The position numbers and the translations under genes are program-made. A stretch of 62,946 nt of DNA from a virus. Location: the IMG/VR virus record IMGVR_UViG_3300045988_087398. One strand, 5' to 3'. Below are positions 27,601 to 36,439 of the stretch, piece after piece; position 1 is the first letter of the stretch, and every line of letters starts with the position of its first letter. The notes below the pieces were generated by a model, which was not told where the DNA came from, did not search any database, and was given only the letters and a program-made list of their open reading frames with translations.

Positions 27601-28509
27601 GATGATCAGATCGCATCATTCAATTCAATTGGCTCAAGTGTTGTGAGCGCAATTGCTTCAGGTATGAAGAGCAAGTCAAGTGAATTTACGAGTATCGGAC
27701 ATTCAATACTCAGCAGCATCAAGAGTTCCTTGAATTATAATATTCAGCAGTTCAAAACCAGTGGAGAGACAATCATGTCGAACTTTGTTAGCGGAATAAA
27801 AGGTTCAAGAAATACGGCATCATCAGCATTTACATCAATGATGGCATTCATCACTCTGAGTCTGAAGGGTTATTATAATAACTTCTACACTATTGGAGGT
27901 TATCTTGTTACGGGATTCGCAAATGGTATATCGGCTAGTGCATATAAAGCTAAAGCAAAAGCTAAGGACATGGCCAAAGATGCGGAGAAGGCTGCACGAG
28001 AAGAATTGCAAGTTCATTCACCATCTAAGAAGTTAGACAAAGTTGGACAGTATTTCGGCATGGGATTTGCTAATGGTATTGATAAGAAATCACATCTCAG
28101 TGTTCAAGCAGCAAAGACTATGGCCGCATCAGCTATCGACAGTACAAAGCAGACAATCTCGAGATTAGGTCAGATGCTTGCAATGGATGTTGATGCTCAG
28201 CCTACAATCAGACCAGTAATGGATTTGAGCGACATTAATTCTGGTGTAGCAACTATGAATGGGATGCTTGCTATGAATCCATCCGTTGGCGTAATGACAA
28301 ATATTGGAGCAATTAACGCATCAATGAGAAATCGTCAAAATGGAAATGCAAATGATGTGATATCAGCTATCAATACACTTGGTAAAACACTCGGTAATAC
28401 ACGAGGCGATACATACATTATTGATGGCATTACGTATGATGACGGAAGCGGCATAAACGATGCAGTTCAAACACTCATTAGAGCAGCTAGAATAGAGAGG
28501 AGGATGTAA
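21667..28509 (+). CDS. Tape measure protein (2280 aa)
   Basis: Largest ORF, sited between the chaperones and Dit. N-terminal TMP-type helical region, a long hydrophobic repeat core, and an ATGA start overlap with the upstream gene. Confidence 0.9.
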   Translation: MSKQVDERIVSMQFNNKQFEANVKTSMSTIQKLKQSLNFKDSGKSLENLSKAANEVKFDKLLSGVETLEKRFSAMGIVGMRVIENLTDSAMQMVTKTKNLITSTIKQGGISRATNIENARFQLQGLLKDDEAVAAVMKNVSDSVDGTAYSLDAAAKVASQLAASGMRAGDEMFSSLRAVAGVAAMTNSSYEDIGRIFTQVAGQGRMMGDQLLQLSGRGMNAAATLAEQMGKTEQEVRDMVSKGQISFSTFASAMDNAFGEHAKKANETLNGAFSNVKSALARIGAEFVAPLIVQNGPLVQVLNTIREKVNDVKRNIVPFAELVTTTINKLATKVNAAISKLNIDKMFEKFNFLSRDFGASKIIKLVDGISKPIEKVTDTVKETVNAVTDLDDIVNKVIRGDFGNGAERLDKLTEAGQNYYRVQNRVNEVLNNGFRFSEDQIQAQDKLLGIQENTVSETKSETTETVKLTEEKKKLIKELAGMSDAQLRANGYTEEQIAAFRELRGVANKLGIPIDKLIDNIDELNGKWIIMDALKNIGNSIVSIFKAIGQAWKDIFPSSSADTVFNIVAAFHKLSERMKVTDEDADKIKRTFKGLFAVLDLVSTLVGGGLRLALKATSYILSLFNLSLLDVTAILGDALVKFRDWIKGNNLITKAFETMAPYLKEFVSLVVEGIVAIKDWIVANEKITQGFKNILSYLREAGAGFKAWVEGAREAENIPVYIIQGLVNGLKNGISTVASIAIELAKSIIQTVCGVLGIHSPSTEFYAIGLYIIQGLINGLKAGAKKVWDTVKSIGEAIIGVGKEIDYKYLGISTTALGLLIVLNKFTNAVTDIKEKVIDAGLGVVNSISSIFDSISKYIKARALKQQAKALLLLAVSIAALGATIYFISQIDTKSLIKGGIAIGVLAGMLIGLTVAMSKLDKLGVFSDKVGVMLLGMSVALLAMGKVATEIGKLEWEEITKGIVFVGALELFIISLIAISKFAGTNAKDAGKMIFKIAGALLIMALVAKLAGNLRKDELTQGLKFIAVMGIFTTALVAVSLVAGKNASRAGTMILKIAGALLIMVMVAKIAGNMKPEELSQGLEFIEIMGIFTATLVAVSILAGKNASRAGNMILKIAIALQIMAKVVKTIGQLKPDEVEKGLSFIKTLGKFIVALVAVSLLAGKNASKAGVMMIGVAIAMGVMAHVVKMAGSIDENTLKQGLKVMAVFEVFILALVAVSILAGKNAAKAGEMLLKVSVSLLILTGALFLIGQMDSKKLWKAVGVVAVLETLFAGLIAVTKVSQNANKTIIGLVATLTLLVSGLALLTTLNSDKLVASAESLSMVMVAMAAMIAATGQIKNTEGATKVLLQISLVVLMLVGVLGMIQALNIEGNMGAVASISVLLVSMAASLALLGNTKDISLKAVGAMALMGLVVAELAVVMKAMDKLNIDVSTKTVAQLSALLLAMSGALVILTVVGIGGAAAFVGIGALVTLIAAVGGLMIAIGALNDEFPAVADFVHNSIPILQDMGEGLGNFIGGLVGGVIAGAIDSLAGIGTSLSTFMENLQPFIEKVSAIDPDAMAGGEALAKMLLTLTAAELVSGLSKFLGVKDLGNLGSQLSDFGDAIIAFSDKLNNSDGINDKAVQKAAKAGEMMAKLQNSLYGTGGLKQDIFGEKDLGDFGQQMSDFADGIIAFAAKIEAAKINQDSVDAAAYAGETMATLQSKIKSQNGALQDIFGSQDLGDFGSQMSNFADGVVNFDKKLKANNGISSDLADQAAYAGNVMAELQNNTGAIGGVVKYFAGEKNLGTFGTQIALYGSALAAFSQVLSENPVDTTTVSIAKDCGLLMTELQTALPETHLFDGKMDLDDFGAKLMSFGKYMGVFANMTAEMDVSNLTTVSMAAKRLGEMAASISTVDQSKIDEFDFEGIGNSIKTFCDSFDNVDASKVETAINSINKLVNTIKSMDGLNTNGVNTFKGILNSLSGDTVNLKGIGNSFSDDQIASFNSIGSSVVSAIASGMKSKSSEFTSIGHSILSSIKSSLNYNIQQFKTSGETIMSNFVSGIKGSRNTASSAFTSMMAFITLSLKGYYNNFYTIGGYLVTGFANGISASAYKAKAKAKDMAKDAEKAAREELQVHSPSKKLDKVGQYFGMGFANGIDKKSHLSVQAAKTMAASAIDSTKQTISRLGQMLAMDVDAQPTIRPVMDLSDINSGVATMNGMLAMNPSVGVMTNIGAINASMRNRQNGNANDVISAINTLGKTLGNTRGDTYIIDGITYDDGSGINDAVQTLIRAARIERRM
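24613..25512 (+). repeat. Five tandem 180-nt (60-aa) repeats inside the tape measure gene, each a hydrophobic helix pair
   Basis: Units start at 24613, 24793, 24973, 25153 and 25333. Each reads AGKNAS(R/K)AG.M(I/L)LKIAGALLIM...(P/K)(E/D)EL.QGL.FI..MGIF..LVAVS.L. Confidence 0.85.
26440..27390 (+). repeat. Five tandem ~190-nt (~64-aa) repeats inside the tape measure gene (DLGDFG.QMS.FADG...)
   Basis: Units start at 26440, 26635, 26827, 27022 and 27202. Confidence 0.8.
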
Positions 28510-28511
28510 AG

Positions 28512-31037
28512 ATGGCTAATTCGCCACGTATCACAGGTTTCGGACCAGTTGATGCTCAAGGAAATACCTTATACGCGACATGGTCATGGAAGTACGATCA
28601 CATCGATCATTTTGAGGTTAGATGGGAATATAACTTGGGTATAGCAATCAATGATGAAGGAAATGCAGTTTGGATTGTTGGAAATTCTGGAACAACGACC
28701 GAGAAAACATCTACCTATAGTATACCTGGTGATGCAAGAGCGGTAAGGTTTAAGGTAAAACCAGTAGCACAAACGCATGAGGTAAACAAAGTTCAGGTTG
28801 CATATTGGAATGCTGATTGGTCTGTAGAAAAGACTTATTGGAATACACCAGAAGAAGAAAGAATTCAGGTGCCAGATGTTCCTACAGTATCAATTGACAA
28901 GTATACGATCACAGCAAAAATTGGCGGTAAAGAATTGAATACCAATCGTGTTCAGTTTGAGCTTTGGGCGCCGGGGTATTATCTTGACACGTCTTACTCT
29001 CGTAAAACAGTTATGTTGCTTCAAGATAACGCAGCATCTTGTACATTCAACATAGTACCGGGATATATCTATAAAGTTAGATGTAGAAGTTTGAATGGTG
29101 ATTTTGCAGCAAATTCTCCAATTATAGAAGACTGGTGTAGTGATTGGTCAGACTTTTCAGAAGAAATAAAATCAGCACCAGCCGCCTCTGGCGGAATAAC
29201 GACTTGCCGAGCGGAATCTGAAACTTCTGTATATCTTGTATGGTCGGCAGCCACAGGGGCAAAAACATACGAAATTGAGTACTCGTCAAATAAAGATTAC
29301 TTTGACAGGACAGATCAGACTACTAAACAATCTGGAATAGAAAATCCATATTATTTGGTAGTCGGTCTGGAAACAGGACAGGAGTATTTCTTTAGAGTAA
29401 GAGCCGTTAACGATCAGGGTGAATCTGCGTGGTCTGGTATAGTGTCTGTTGTAATAGGCAAGTCACCAGCCGCGCCGACCACATGGTCGTCGACTACCAC
29501 TTTGATTAGCGGTGAGAAATTGATGTTATATTGGGTTCATAATTCGGCAGATTCATCAAGTCAGACATATGCCGAACTTGAGATAATAATCAATGGAAAA
29601 AAGCAAACTCAAACAATCAAGAATGATAGATCAGACGACGATAAGGATAAGACGAGCTCTTACGAGTTAGACACGTTAAGTTTGACCGAAGGCGCTACAA
29701 TACAATGGCGAGTTAGAACCGCAGGAGTCACAAATAAGTATGGCGATTGGTCAGTACAGCGAGAAATAAAAGTGTACGCTCCGCCAACATTAAAGCTGAA
29801 TATATCAGATGTATATAATAATGATTTAACAGTTCTTACTTCATTTCCATTCCGCATTTCTGGTATTGCGGGACCAAATACCCAAGTTCCAACAGGATAT
29901 CATGTAACTATTAAAGCTATGAGTTCTTATGAGACTATCGATAACATCGGTAATCAGAGAATTGTGAGCGCCAATCAAGAGGTATTTTCCAAATTTTATG
30001 ATACCAAAACATCTCTTGACATTACGCTTTCAGCGAATGATATCGATTTGATGAATAATATTTCGTATCAAGTAGAAGTGGTGGTATCTATGAACACAGG
30101 ACTTACTTGTACAGAAATCCGTACTTTTCAGGTTCATTGGTATGAGGATGAATTATCCCCTAACGCCCAAATAGCTTTTGATAGTAAAACAATGTCTGTG
30201 TATATTAATCCTTATTGCGAATTGTATGAGGTGACTGTAAATAGAGTTAAATATTCAGAAGGAATAGGATATGAAAAGACAGAAGAAGAGGTTGAAATAT
30301 ACGCAGTGTTGTACACTGAGAATAAAATGCAAACTGTAACTGGTGAGGAAGTAATGAAAGTTCGTTTAACAACGGGAGAAATAGCATATGCTTGTTATTC
30401 AACACAAAAACAGCTTCCATCTAGTTATACATTATCCGTGTATAGACGCGAATTTGATGGTACGTTTACAGAGATAGAAACGGGACTTGATAATTCCAAA
30501 ACGACATATGCAACTGATCCACATCCGTCACTGGATGTAGCAAGATATCGAATTGTGGCTATATCGAAACATACAGGCGCTGTTGGATATTCAGATTTAC
30601 CTGGGTATCCAATTGGCGAAAAGGCAGTAATTATACAGTGGGATGAGCATTGGTCTTGGTTCGATGCCGGTGATACAGGAGAATTAGCTACACCACCTTG
30701 GTCTGGCTCTATGTTAAGGCTTCCTTATAATATAGATGTCTCCGATAAAAACAGTCCAGATAGCACACTGGTTAAGTATCAAGGACGAACTTCGCCGGTA
30801 AGTTATTATGGTACACAAATAACAGCATCGTCTTCATGGAAGGTAGATATTCCTAAAACAGATAAGGAGACATTATATGCCATAAGAAGATTATCCATAT
30901 GGAAAGGAGACGTCTATGTCCGAGAACCATCTGGAACAGGGTATTGGGCAAATATATCAGTATCATATAACGTAAACCACGATTCATTGGTCATTCCGGT
31001 GTCTTTTGAAATTACAAAGGTCGAAGGAGGAGTATAA
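28512..31037 (+). CDS. Distal tail protein (Dit) with N-terminal FN3-type insertions
   Basis: Lies directly after the tape measure gene. FN3-like SVYLVWSAATGAKTYEIEYS...YFFRVRAVNDQGESAWS. The C-terminal siphovirus tail-component-like segment ends ...VIPVSFEITKVEGG. Confidence 0.65.
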   Translation: MANSPRITGFGPVDAQGNTLYATWSWKYDHIDHFEVRWEYNLGIAINDEGNAVWIVGNSGTTTEKTSTYSIPGDARAVRFKVKPVAQTHEVNKVQVAYWNADWSVEKTYWNTPEEERIQVPDVPTVSIDKYTITAKIGGKELNTNRVQFELWAPGYYLDTSYSRKTVMLLQDNAASCTFNIVPGYIYKVRCRSLNGDFAANSPIIEDWCSDWSDFSEEIKSAPAASGGITTCRAESETSVYLVWSAATGAKTYEIEYSSNKDYFDRTDQTTKQSGIENPYYLVVGLETGQEYFFRVRAVNDQGESAWSGIVSVVIGKSPAAPTTWSSTTTLISGEKLMLYWVHNSADSSSQTYAELEIIINGKKQTQTIKNDRSDDDKDKTSSYELDTLSLTEGATIQWRVRTAGVTNKYGDWSVQREIKVYAPPTLKLNISDVYNNDLTVLTSFPFRISGIAGPNTQVPTGYHVTIKAMSSYETIDNIGNQRIVSANQEVFSKFYDTKTSLDITLSANDIDLMNNISYQVEVVVSMNTGLTCTEIRTFQVHWYEDELSPNAQIAFDSKTMSVYINPYCELYEVTVNRVKYSEGIGYEKTEEEVEIYAVLYTENKMQTVTGEEVMKVRLTTGEIAYACYSTQKQLPSSYTLSVYRREFDGTFTEIETGLDNSKTTYATDPHPSLDVARYRIVAISKHTGAVGYSDLPGYPIGEKAVIIQWDEHWSWFDAGDTGELATPPWSGSMLRLPYNIDVSDKNSPDSTLVKYQGRTSPVSYYGTQITASSSWKVDIPKTDKETLYAIRRLSIWKGDVYVREPSGTGYWANISVSYNVNHDSLVIPVSFEITKVEGGV

Positions 31038-32096
31038 ATGACTAATTGGTTAGAGTCGATGACTCAGACATTTGAGTATTATACTGTTGACCCAAATACT
31101 TGGATGGATGACGAGCGGATGCGAAACGTGACCGCGTGTAAAATTACGCGAGACAGTACATCAGATACATTGGCGTCGGCTACATTTGATGTGAAGGATT
31201 TCACTGGAGAGTGCTACATTCGAGTGTACCTTATTACAATTCAAAATGGAGAAAGATCGAAGTATCCATTAGGCACATTCTTAGTGCAAACCCCTTCGTC
31301 AGATTATGACGGAAAGGTGAGCACAGTATCTATGGATGCGTATTCCCCATTATTGGAATTATCTGAGAAAAAACCAGACATAGGATATTCGTTATTTAAA
31401 AACGATAACATCATGGAAAATGCATATAGGATTGCCAGAAGCAATATGAGAGCCCCGGTTGTAAGAGTCGAAACAAACGACAAATTGACCGGGGATTTTG
31501 TTTCGTCAACCGACGATACATGGCTTGCATTTCTTTCCGATTTATTGAGCAATGCGAAATATGAACTGGAGCTTGATGAGTTGGGAAAGGTACTGTTTGC
31601 GCCAAAGCAAGAACTTGTTGCATTACAACCAGTGTGGACATACAACGACGACAACAGTTCGATTTTATACCCGGAAGTAAGTTTGAGTCATGATTTGTAT
31701 GGGGTTCCAAATGTTGTAGAGGTTCTTTATTCGAGCGGTAATGGCAATTACTATTCGAGAATTGTAAATGATGATGAAAACAGCCCCACATCAACAGTAA
31801 AACGAGGACGAGAAATTGTGTATCGTGAAACTTCACCGTCTTTTGCAGGTTCTCCTTCACAGGCTCAGGTCGATGAGTATGCTGAGAAACTATTGAAAAG
31901 CTTATCTTCGGTTGAATACACAGTGAGTTATACACATGCTTACTGTCCAGTCAGAGTTGGTGACTGTGTGCGACTGAATTATTCAAGAGCTGGATTGGAA
32001 AATGTAAAAGCTAAAGTGATAAGTCAATCAATAACATGCGAGAGCGGGTGCCCGGTATCCGAAAAAGCAGTATTTACAACAAATTTATGGAGGTGA
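31038..32096 (+). CDS. Tail-associated/baseplate hub protein (Tal N-terminal-like)
   Basis: TAAATG junction with Dit. The call rests on position and the 352-aa size. Confidence 0.5.
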   Translation: MTNWLESMTQTFEYYTVDPNTWMDDERMRNVTACKITRDSTSDTLASATFDVKDFTGECYIRVYLITIQNGERSKYPLGTFLVQTPSSDYDGKVSTVSMDAYSPLLELSEKKPDIGYSLFKNDNIMENAYRIARSNMRAPVVRVETNDKLTGDFVSSTDDTWLAFLSDLLSNAKYELELDELGKVLFAPKQELVALQPVWTYNDDNSSILYPEVSLSHDLYGVPNVVEVLYSSGNGNYYSRIVNDDENSPTSTVKRGREIVYRETSPSFAGSPSQAQVDEYAEKLLKSLSSVEYTVSYTHAYCPVRVGDCVRLNYSRAGLENVKAKVISQSITCESGCPVSEKAVFTTNLWR

Positions 32097-32102
32097 TAAG
32101 TA

Positions 32103-35045
32103 GTGACATTGTCTAATGATTTGGCGAGTCAATTCGCAAAATTACTAAACGATGGCAACGATAAAAAGTCAAAAGAGACATCTATGTATGGAACATTTGT
32201 CGAGAGTGATAAAAAAAAATACGTGAAGTTGGATGGATCTGAGTTGCTTACTCCTGTAATACAGACTGCTGCGGCTAAGGATGGAGAGCGTGTCACGGTT
32301 ACAGTAAAGAATCGTACTGCCGTTGTTACAGGAAACCTGTCGTCTCCCGCTGCTAGATCAGGAGACGTGGAAGATCTCTCAGCAAAAGTATTGTCTGTCG
32401 AAGAGCTCATGGCGAAGAAAGTATCAACTGATGAACTTGAGGCTACGATTGGTAGAATAGAAACTCTCGAAACTGACAATGCGACGATTAGAGATACTCT
32501 GACAGCTCAATCGGCAAAGATCGATGATCTCGAAACTGACAATGCGACCATTAATGGCACTCTGACTGCTCAATCAGCAAAGATTGACAATCTCGAAACA
32601 ACTAAGCTTAGTGCAGAGATTGCTGAAATAACCTATGCAACAATCACGAATTTGGATGCAACAAATGTAGCGATACGTAATTTGGATGCTGATTATGGCA
32701 AGTTTAAAGATGCAACAGTTGAGTCGTTTAGGGCAACGGAAGCTGATATCGAATCGTTAAATACAACGAAATTATCGGCAGAACAAGCAGATATTCGATA
32801 TGCAAATATTGATTTTTCAAATATTGGTAAGGCTGCGATCGAACAGTTCTATGCTACATCCGGCATTATTAAAGATTTGGTCATCGGAGATCAGACAGTC
32901 ACGGGAGAATTGGTTGGCGTTACGATTAAGGGAGATCTGATTGAGGGTAATACGATTAAAGCCGATAAGCTGGTGGTAAAAGGGTCTGACGGACTATACT
33001 ACAAGCTCAATGTATCTGCTGAGACTGTAGAAACAGAGCAGACAGATCAAAATAGCTTGAATGGAAGCATTATCACAGCAAAGTCTATAACCGCTACCAA
33101 AATTAGTGTAGAAGATTTGGTAGCTTTCGACGCAACAATTGGTGGATTTAACATCACCGATAATGCTATATATTCAGGAGTAAAAAGTTCTATCGACAAC
33201 ACAACAAGAGGAATCTATCAGGATAAGGATGGACAGATTGCTTTTGGTGATGGAGATTATTTCCTAAAGTATTTTAAGGATAAAGACGGAAAATATAAGC
33301 TGGCAATATCAGCAGACAACATTAAATTCAGCGCAAGTAATAAAGATCTGGACACGGTGCTTGGTTCTACAATAACCAGTGCTATCGAGGAATTCTATTT
33401 ATCTAAATCACCTACGTCATTATCTGGCGGATCATGGTCAAAAACGCAGCCGACATGGACTGAAGGAAAGTATATATGGAGAAGAACTGCGGTAACGTAT
33501 GGAGATGGAAGTTCTGAACATACGCCATCGCCAAATGGTGTGTGCATTACTGGTAATACCGGAGCCAAAGGAGATACTGGTGAGAAAGGTGATACAGGTA
33601 GTCAAGGGCCTCAAGGTGAGAAGGGTGATACAGGAGCAAAGGGCGACACTGGTGCAACAGGTAAAGGTGTTAAAACAACTGCGGTAACTTATCAGGCATC
33701 GTCTAGTGGTACAACAACCCCAACCGGGACGTGGAGTACAGCTATTCCAACGGTATCAGCAGGACAGTATCTTTGGACAAGAACGATCATCACCTATACC
33801 GACAACACAACATCTACATCGTACAGTGTAGGACGTAATGGAACGAACGGTGTGAATGGAACCAATGGAACGAACGGCAAGGATGGAGCAGCTGGAAAAG
33901 GTATCAAATCCACGGCAATAACATACCAAGCTGGAGCATCAGGAACTACGGTTCCAACCTGGACGTGGTCTGCGTCGATACCGGCTGCGGACACATCAAA
34001 GCCATATCTTTGGACGAGGACGATTATTACCTACACTGATAATACAACATCTACATCATACAGTGTAGGTGCTACGCCAGAAGGAATGGTTCAAAAGAAA
34101 AAGATTATTTCTGAAATCAACCAGTCAGCAGAGGAGATTTCGATTAAGGCTGAAAAGATCAGTCTCGAAGGTCTTGTCACCGCCAATGAGAATTTCAAAG
34201 TGCTGGAAGATGGCTCAATAGAGGCGAAAAATGGTAAGTTTACTGGCGAGATATATGCTACGAGCGGTAAATTCGAGGGCGAAATAGTCTCATCTAAGGC
34301 GACTATTACTGGCGGAAGTATGATAATTAAAGCGGCAGACAATGATTATAAAGCAATAGATATTTATTGGGGAAATCCAAATACGCAGGGAGAAGACGGA
34401 TATTATACAACACAAATATCACCTGGATCGGTCTATGGTTATGGTTACAATGGCGGACATAGCGGGTCATTCAGACTAGATTTCGATGGGTTAACGTTGA
34501 CTGGAGCTGGAGCTAACATACGTTGTCTTGATATAACCGCAGCAGGAGCAATCAACGGACGTTATTGGAATTGGTCTGGGCAAGGCGGACAGCCAAGTTG
34601 GTTGTGGGGCGGAAATGATGGTGTAAACATGTATGTATATAATCCATCAAACTTTAGCGTAAACTATGCTAAATCTGCAAATTATGCTAATAGTGCTGGT
34701 GGTATTTCGGCACCTATATATGGATATGACAAAAATATTAATATTACATGTGGCGGATGGAATACCCCTGCTAGCGTGACACTTCCTGCCGGAACATATA
34801 TTGGAATGGTGTTTGCAAAGATGTATGGAACTCCTACATCCAGAATGGTTATGGTATTTTCAACTAATAGCGGAGCCACCGATGCTGGGGCTTATATGTC
34901 AGACGATAATATGGATAGGGCATGCTGTAGTTCCCCAGTTGTTATAAATGTCAGTGGTAATACCAATTTTTATTTGAGGGTATACAACAGTATGTCAGGA
35001 GTTAGAACATGTCATTGTGGGTGGTACTTAGTAAAAGTTAAATAA
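32103..35045 (+). CDS. Tail fiber / receptor-binding protein with coiled-coil, collagen-like and duplicated modules
   Basis: GTG start after GGAGGTGA. LETDNATI..TLTAQSAKID.LE occurs twice. G-X-Y runs lie at 33552..33668 and 33831..33902. The module ...TYQA..SGTT.PT.TWS..IP....YLWTRTIITYTDNTTSTSYSVG is duplicated. Confidence 0.75.
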   Translation: MTLSNDLASQFAKLLNDGNDKKSKETSMYGTFVESDKKKYVKLDGSELLTPVIQTAAAKDGERVTVTVKNRTAVVTGNLSSPAARSGDVEDLSAKVLSVEELMAKKVSTDELEATIGRIETLETDNATIRDTLTAQSAKIDDLETDNATINGTLTAQSAKIDNLETTKLSAEIAEITYATITNLDATNVAIRNLDADYGKFKDATVESFRATEADIESLNTTKLSAEQADIRYANIDFSNIGKAAIEQFYATSGIIKDLVIGDQTVTGELVGVTIKGDLIEGNTIKADKLVVKGSDGLYYKLNVSAETVETEQTDQNSLNGSIITAKSITATKISVEDLVAFDATIGGFNITDNAIYSGVKSSIDNTTRGIYQDKDGQIAFGDGDYFLKYFKDKDGKYKLAISADNIKFSASNKDLDTVLGSTITSAIEEFYLSKSPTSLSGGSWSKTQPTWTEGKYIWRRTAVTYGDGSSEHTPSPNGVCITGNTGAKGDTGEKGDTGSQGPQGEKGDTGAKGDTGATGKGVKTTAVTYQASSSGTTTPTGTWSTAIPTVSAGQYLWTRTIITYTDNTTSTSYSVGRNGTNGVNGTNGTNGKDGAAGKGIKSTAITYQAGASGTTVPTWTWSASIPAADTSKPYLWTRTIITYTDNTTSTSYSVGATPEGMVQKKKIISEINQSAEEISIKAEKISLEGLVTANENFKVLEDGSIEAKNGKFTGEIYATSGKFEGEIVSSKATITGGSMIIKAADNDYKAIDIYWGNPNTQGEDGYYTTQISPGSVYGYGYNGGHSGSFRLDFDGLTLTGAGANIRCLDITAAGAINGRYWNWSGQGGQPSWLWGGNDGVNMYVYNPSNFSVNYAKSANYANSAGGISAPIYGYDKNINITCGGWNTPASVTLPAGTYIGMVFAKMYGTPTSRMVMVFSTNSGATDAGAYMSDDNMDRACCSSPVVINVSGNTNFYLRVYNSMSGVRTCHCGWYLVKVK

Positions 35046-35106
35046 TAAAGACCTTGGAGAGGGTCTATAAACACTACTACTTTATGAAGCGAGGAGTCAA
35101 AACATT

Positions 35107-35487
35107 ATGAAAAAATACATTACAACATTAAGCAAACTGTTTGATATTCGTCGGTTGATTGCCAATAATGGCATCTTAGATCTTGCGTTCTCGCGTAAGG
35201 CAGGACTGTCAGTTGCACGAAATATTAAGAAAATCGACAATGAACTTGCAGAATATGACAAGTCTCGTGATGAGCTGATTCGTAAGTACTCTGACGACGG
35301 AGTCACTATGAACCGTTCAAATCCGAACTGGGACGAGTTCATCAAAGAGTTTAATGAGATCGGTTCAGTCGAAGCGTCGCTGGAAATCAACACGATCACA
35401 GACGATGATCTGCCGGAGAACATTACACCATCGGCATGCCTTGCGATTGAATTCATGATCGAAGATCCAGTAGAAATTGTAGAATAG
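35107..35487 (+). CDS. Hypothetical protein
   Basis: GAGGAG RBS, 126-aa ORF. Confidence 0.5.
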   Translation: MKKYITTLSKLFDIRRLIANNGILDLAFSRKAGLSVARNIKKIDNELAEYDKSRDELIRKYSDDGVTMNRSNPNWDEFIKEFNEIGSVEASLEINTITDDDLPENITPSACLAIEFMIEDPVEIVE

Positions 35488-35500
35488 GGAGGAAGTCAAA

Positions 35501-35779
35501 ATGGATATTAAAGATTTTGTTATTATTATACCAATCGTGGTTATTTGTTATCTTATCGGTATGGGGCTTAAAGCATGGAGTTATGTGAATGATGTATGCA
35601 TCCCGGTGTTAGTCGGAGCTATTGGCGGTGTTCTTGGTGTTGTTGCAATGTTTACAATGCCGAGCTTCCCAGCAAATGATGTTCTAACATCCATTGCTAT
35701 TGGTATTATGAGTGGTTTAGCATCCACAGGAAGCAATCAGATTTACAAACAGTTACAGAAGTTTTTCAAAGGGGAGTAG
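35501..35779 (+). CDS. Holin (3 predicted TM helices)
   Basis: 92 aa. TM stretches followed by the ...SGLASTGSNQIYKQLQKFF tail, typical of Gram-positive phage holins. Confidence 0.75.
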   Translation: MDIKDFVIIIPIVVICYLIGMGLKAWSYVNDVCIPVLVGAIGGVLGVVAMFTMPSFPANDVLTSIAIGIMSGLASTGSNQIYKQLQKFFKGE

Positions 35780-35782
35780 TCG

Positions 35783-36085
35783 ATGATCAAATTCACAGTA
35801 TCTTCAGACACGATACTCCTTATTTGCTCGTTGATAGCAGCCTTATGGGGGGTGTATAAAATCGTGAAAGAAGTAAAGAAACCAAGTAAAGATTTACAGG
35901 AGACTGTAGATAAGCATTCAAAACTTCTTGATTCGGACAATGTTCGACTCAAGGAGGTTGAAGAATCCAACAAGATGATTCTACAATGCTTATTAGTAAT
36001 AATCAATCACGATATTACAGGTAACGGAATCGACAATCTCAAAGACACAAGAGATAAGCTACAGCAATATTTGATTGATAAGTAG
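35783..36085 (+). CDS. Membrane-anchored coiled-coil protein (possible lysis accessory)
   Basis: N-terminal TM ILLICSLIAALWGVY followed by a charged helical region. Sits next to the holin. Confidence 0.45.
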   Translation: MIKFTVSSDTILLICSLIAALWGVYKIVKEVKKPSKDLQETVDKHSKLLDSDNVRLKEVEESNKMILQCLLVIINHDITGNGIDNLKDTRDKLQQYLIDK

Positions 36086-36097
36086 GGAGGTCGCATC

Positions 36098-36394
36098 ATG
36101 AATGAAATTAGTAAGAAGATTATTATGGATGAAATCAAGGGATTAATGAGTGGTATTTCAGCCATCGTTAGTTCTTCAGCAATGGTAGCAATGCCAATGG
36201 GGTATTCGAATGATTCAGCAGTAACAGTTTCAAGTGTTTCCGAAATTACTACAAAAGCAAAAAGTATTAAAGCTTACGTAGCTAAGATTGAAGAAAAGAC
36301 AAAGCTCCTTGAAGAAGATTTAGCATCTGATAATACGGAAGTAGAATCCGATCAGACAAGCACCGAGGATTTAACATCTGAATCAAACAAATAA
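36098..36394 (+). CDS. Hypothetical protein with acidic C-terminus
   Basis: GGGAGG RBS, 98-aa ORF. Confidence 0.5.
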   Translation: MNEISKKIIMDEIKGLMSGISAIVSSSAMVAMPMGYSNDSAVTVSSVSEITTKAKSIKAYVAKIEEKTKLLEEDLASDNTEVESDQTSTEDLTSESNK

Positions 36395-36402
36395 CAAAGA
36401 CA

Positions 36403-36437
36403 AAGGCTCCGTTAAATTGACAGAGCCTTTTCTTTTT
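36403..36437 (+). terminator. Rho-independent terminator ending the late operon
   Basis: aaggctc-cgttaaattgaca-gagcctt hairpin followed by TTCTTTTT. Confidence 0.7.
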
Positions 36438-36439
36438 GC

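Noticed and set aside
33669-34072. Duplicated tail-fiber modules as a DGR template/variable repeat pair
   Set aside because: No reverse transcriptase gene exists in the genome. The differences between the copies are not adenine-specific.
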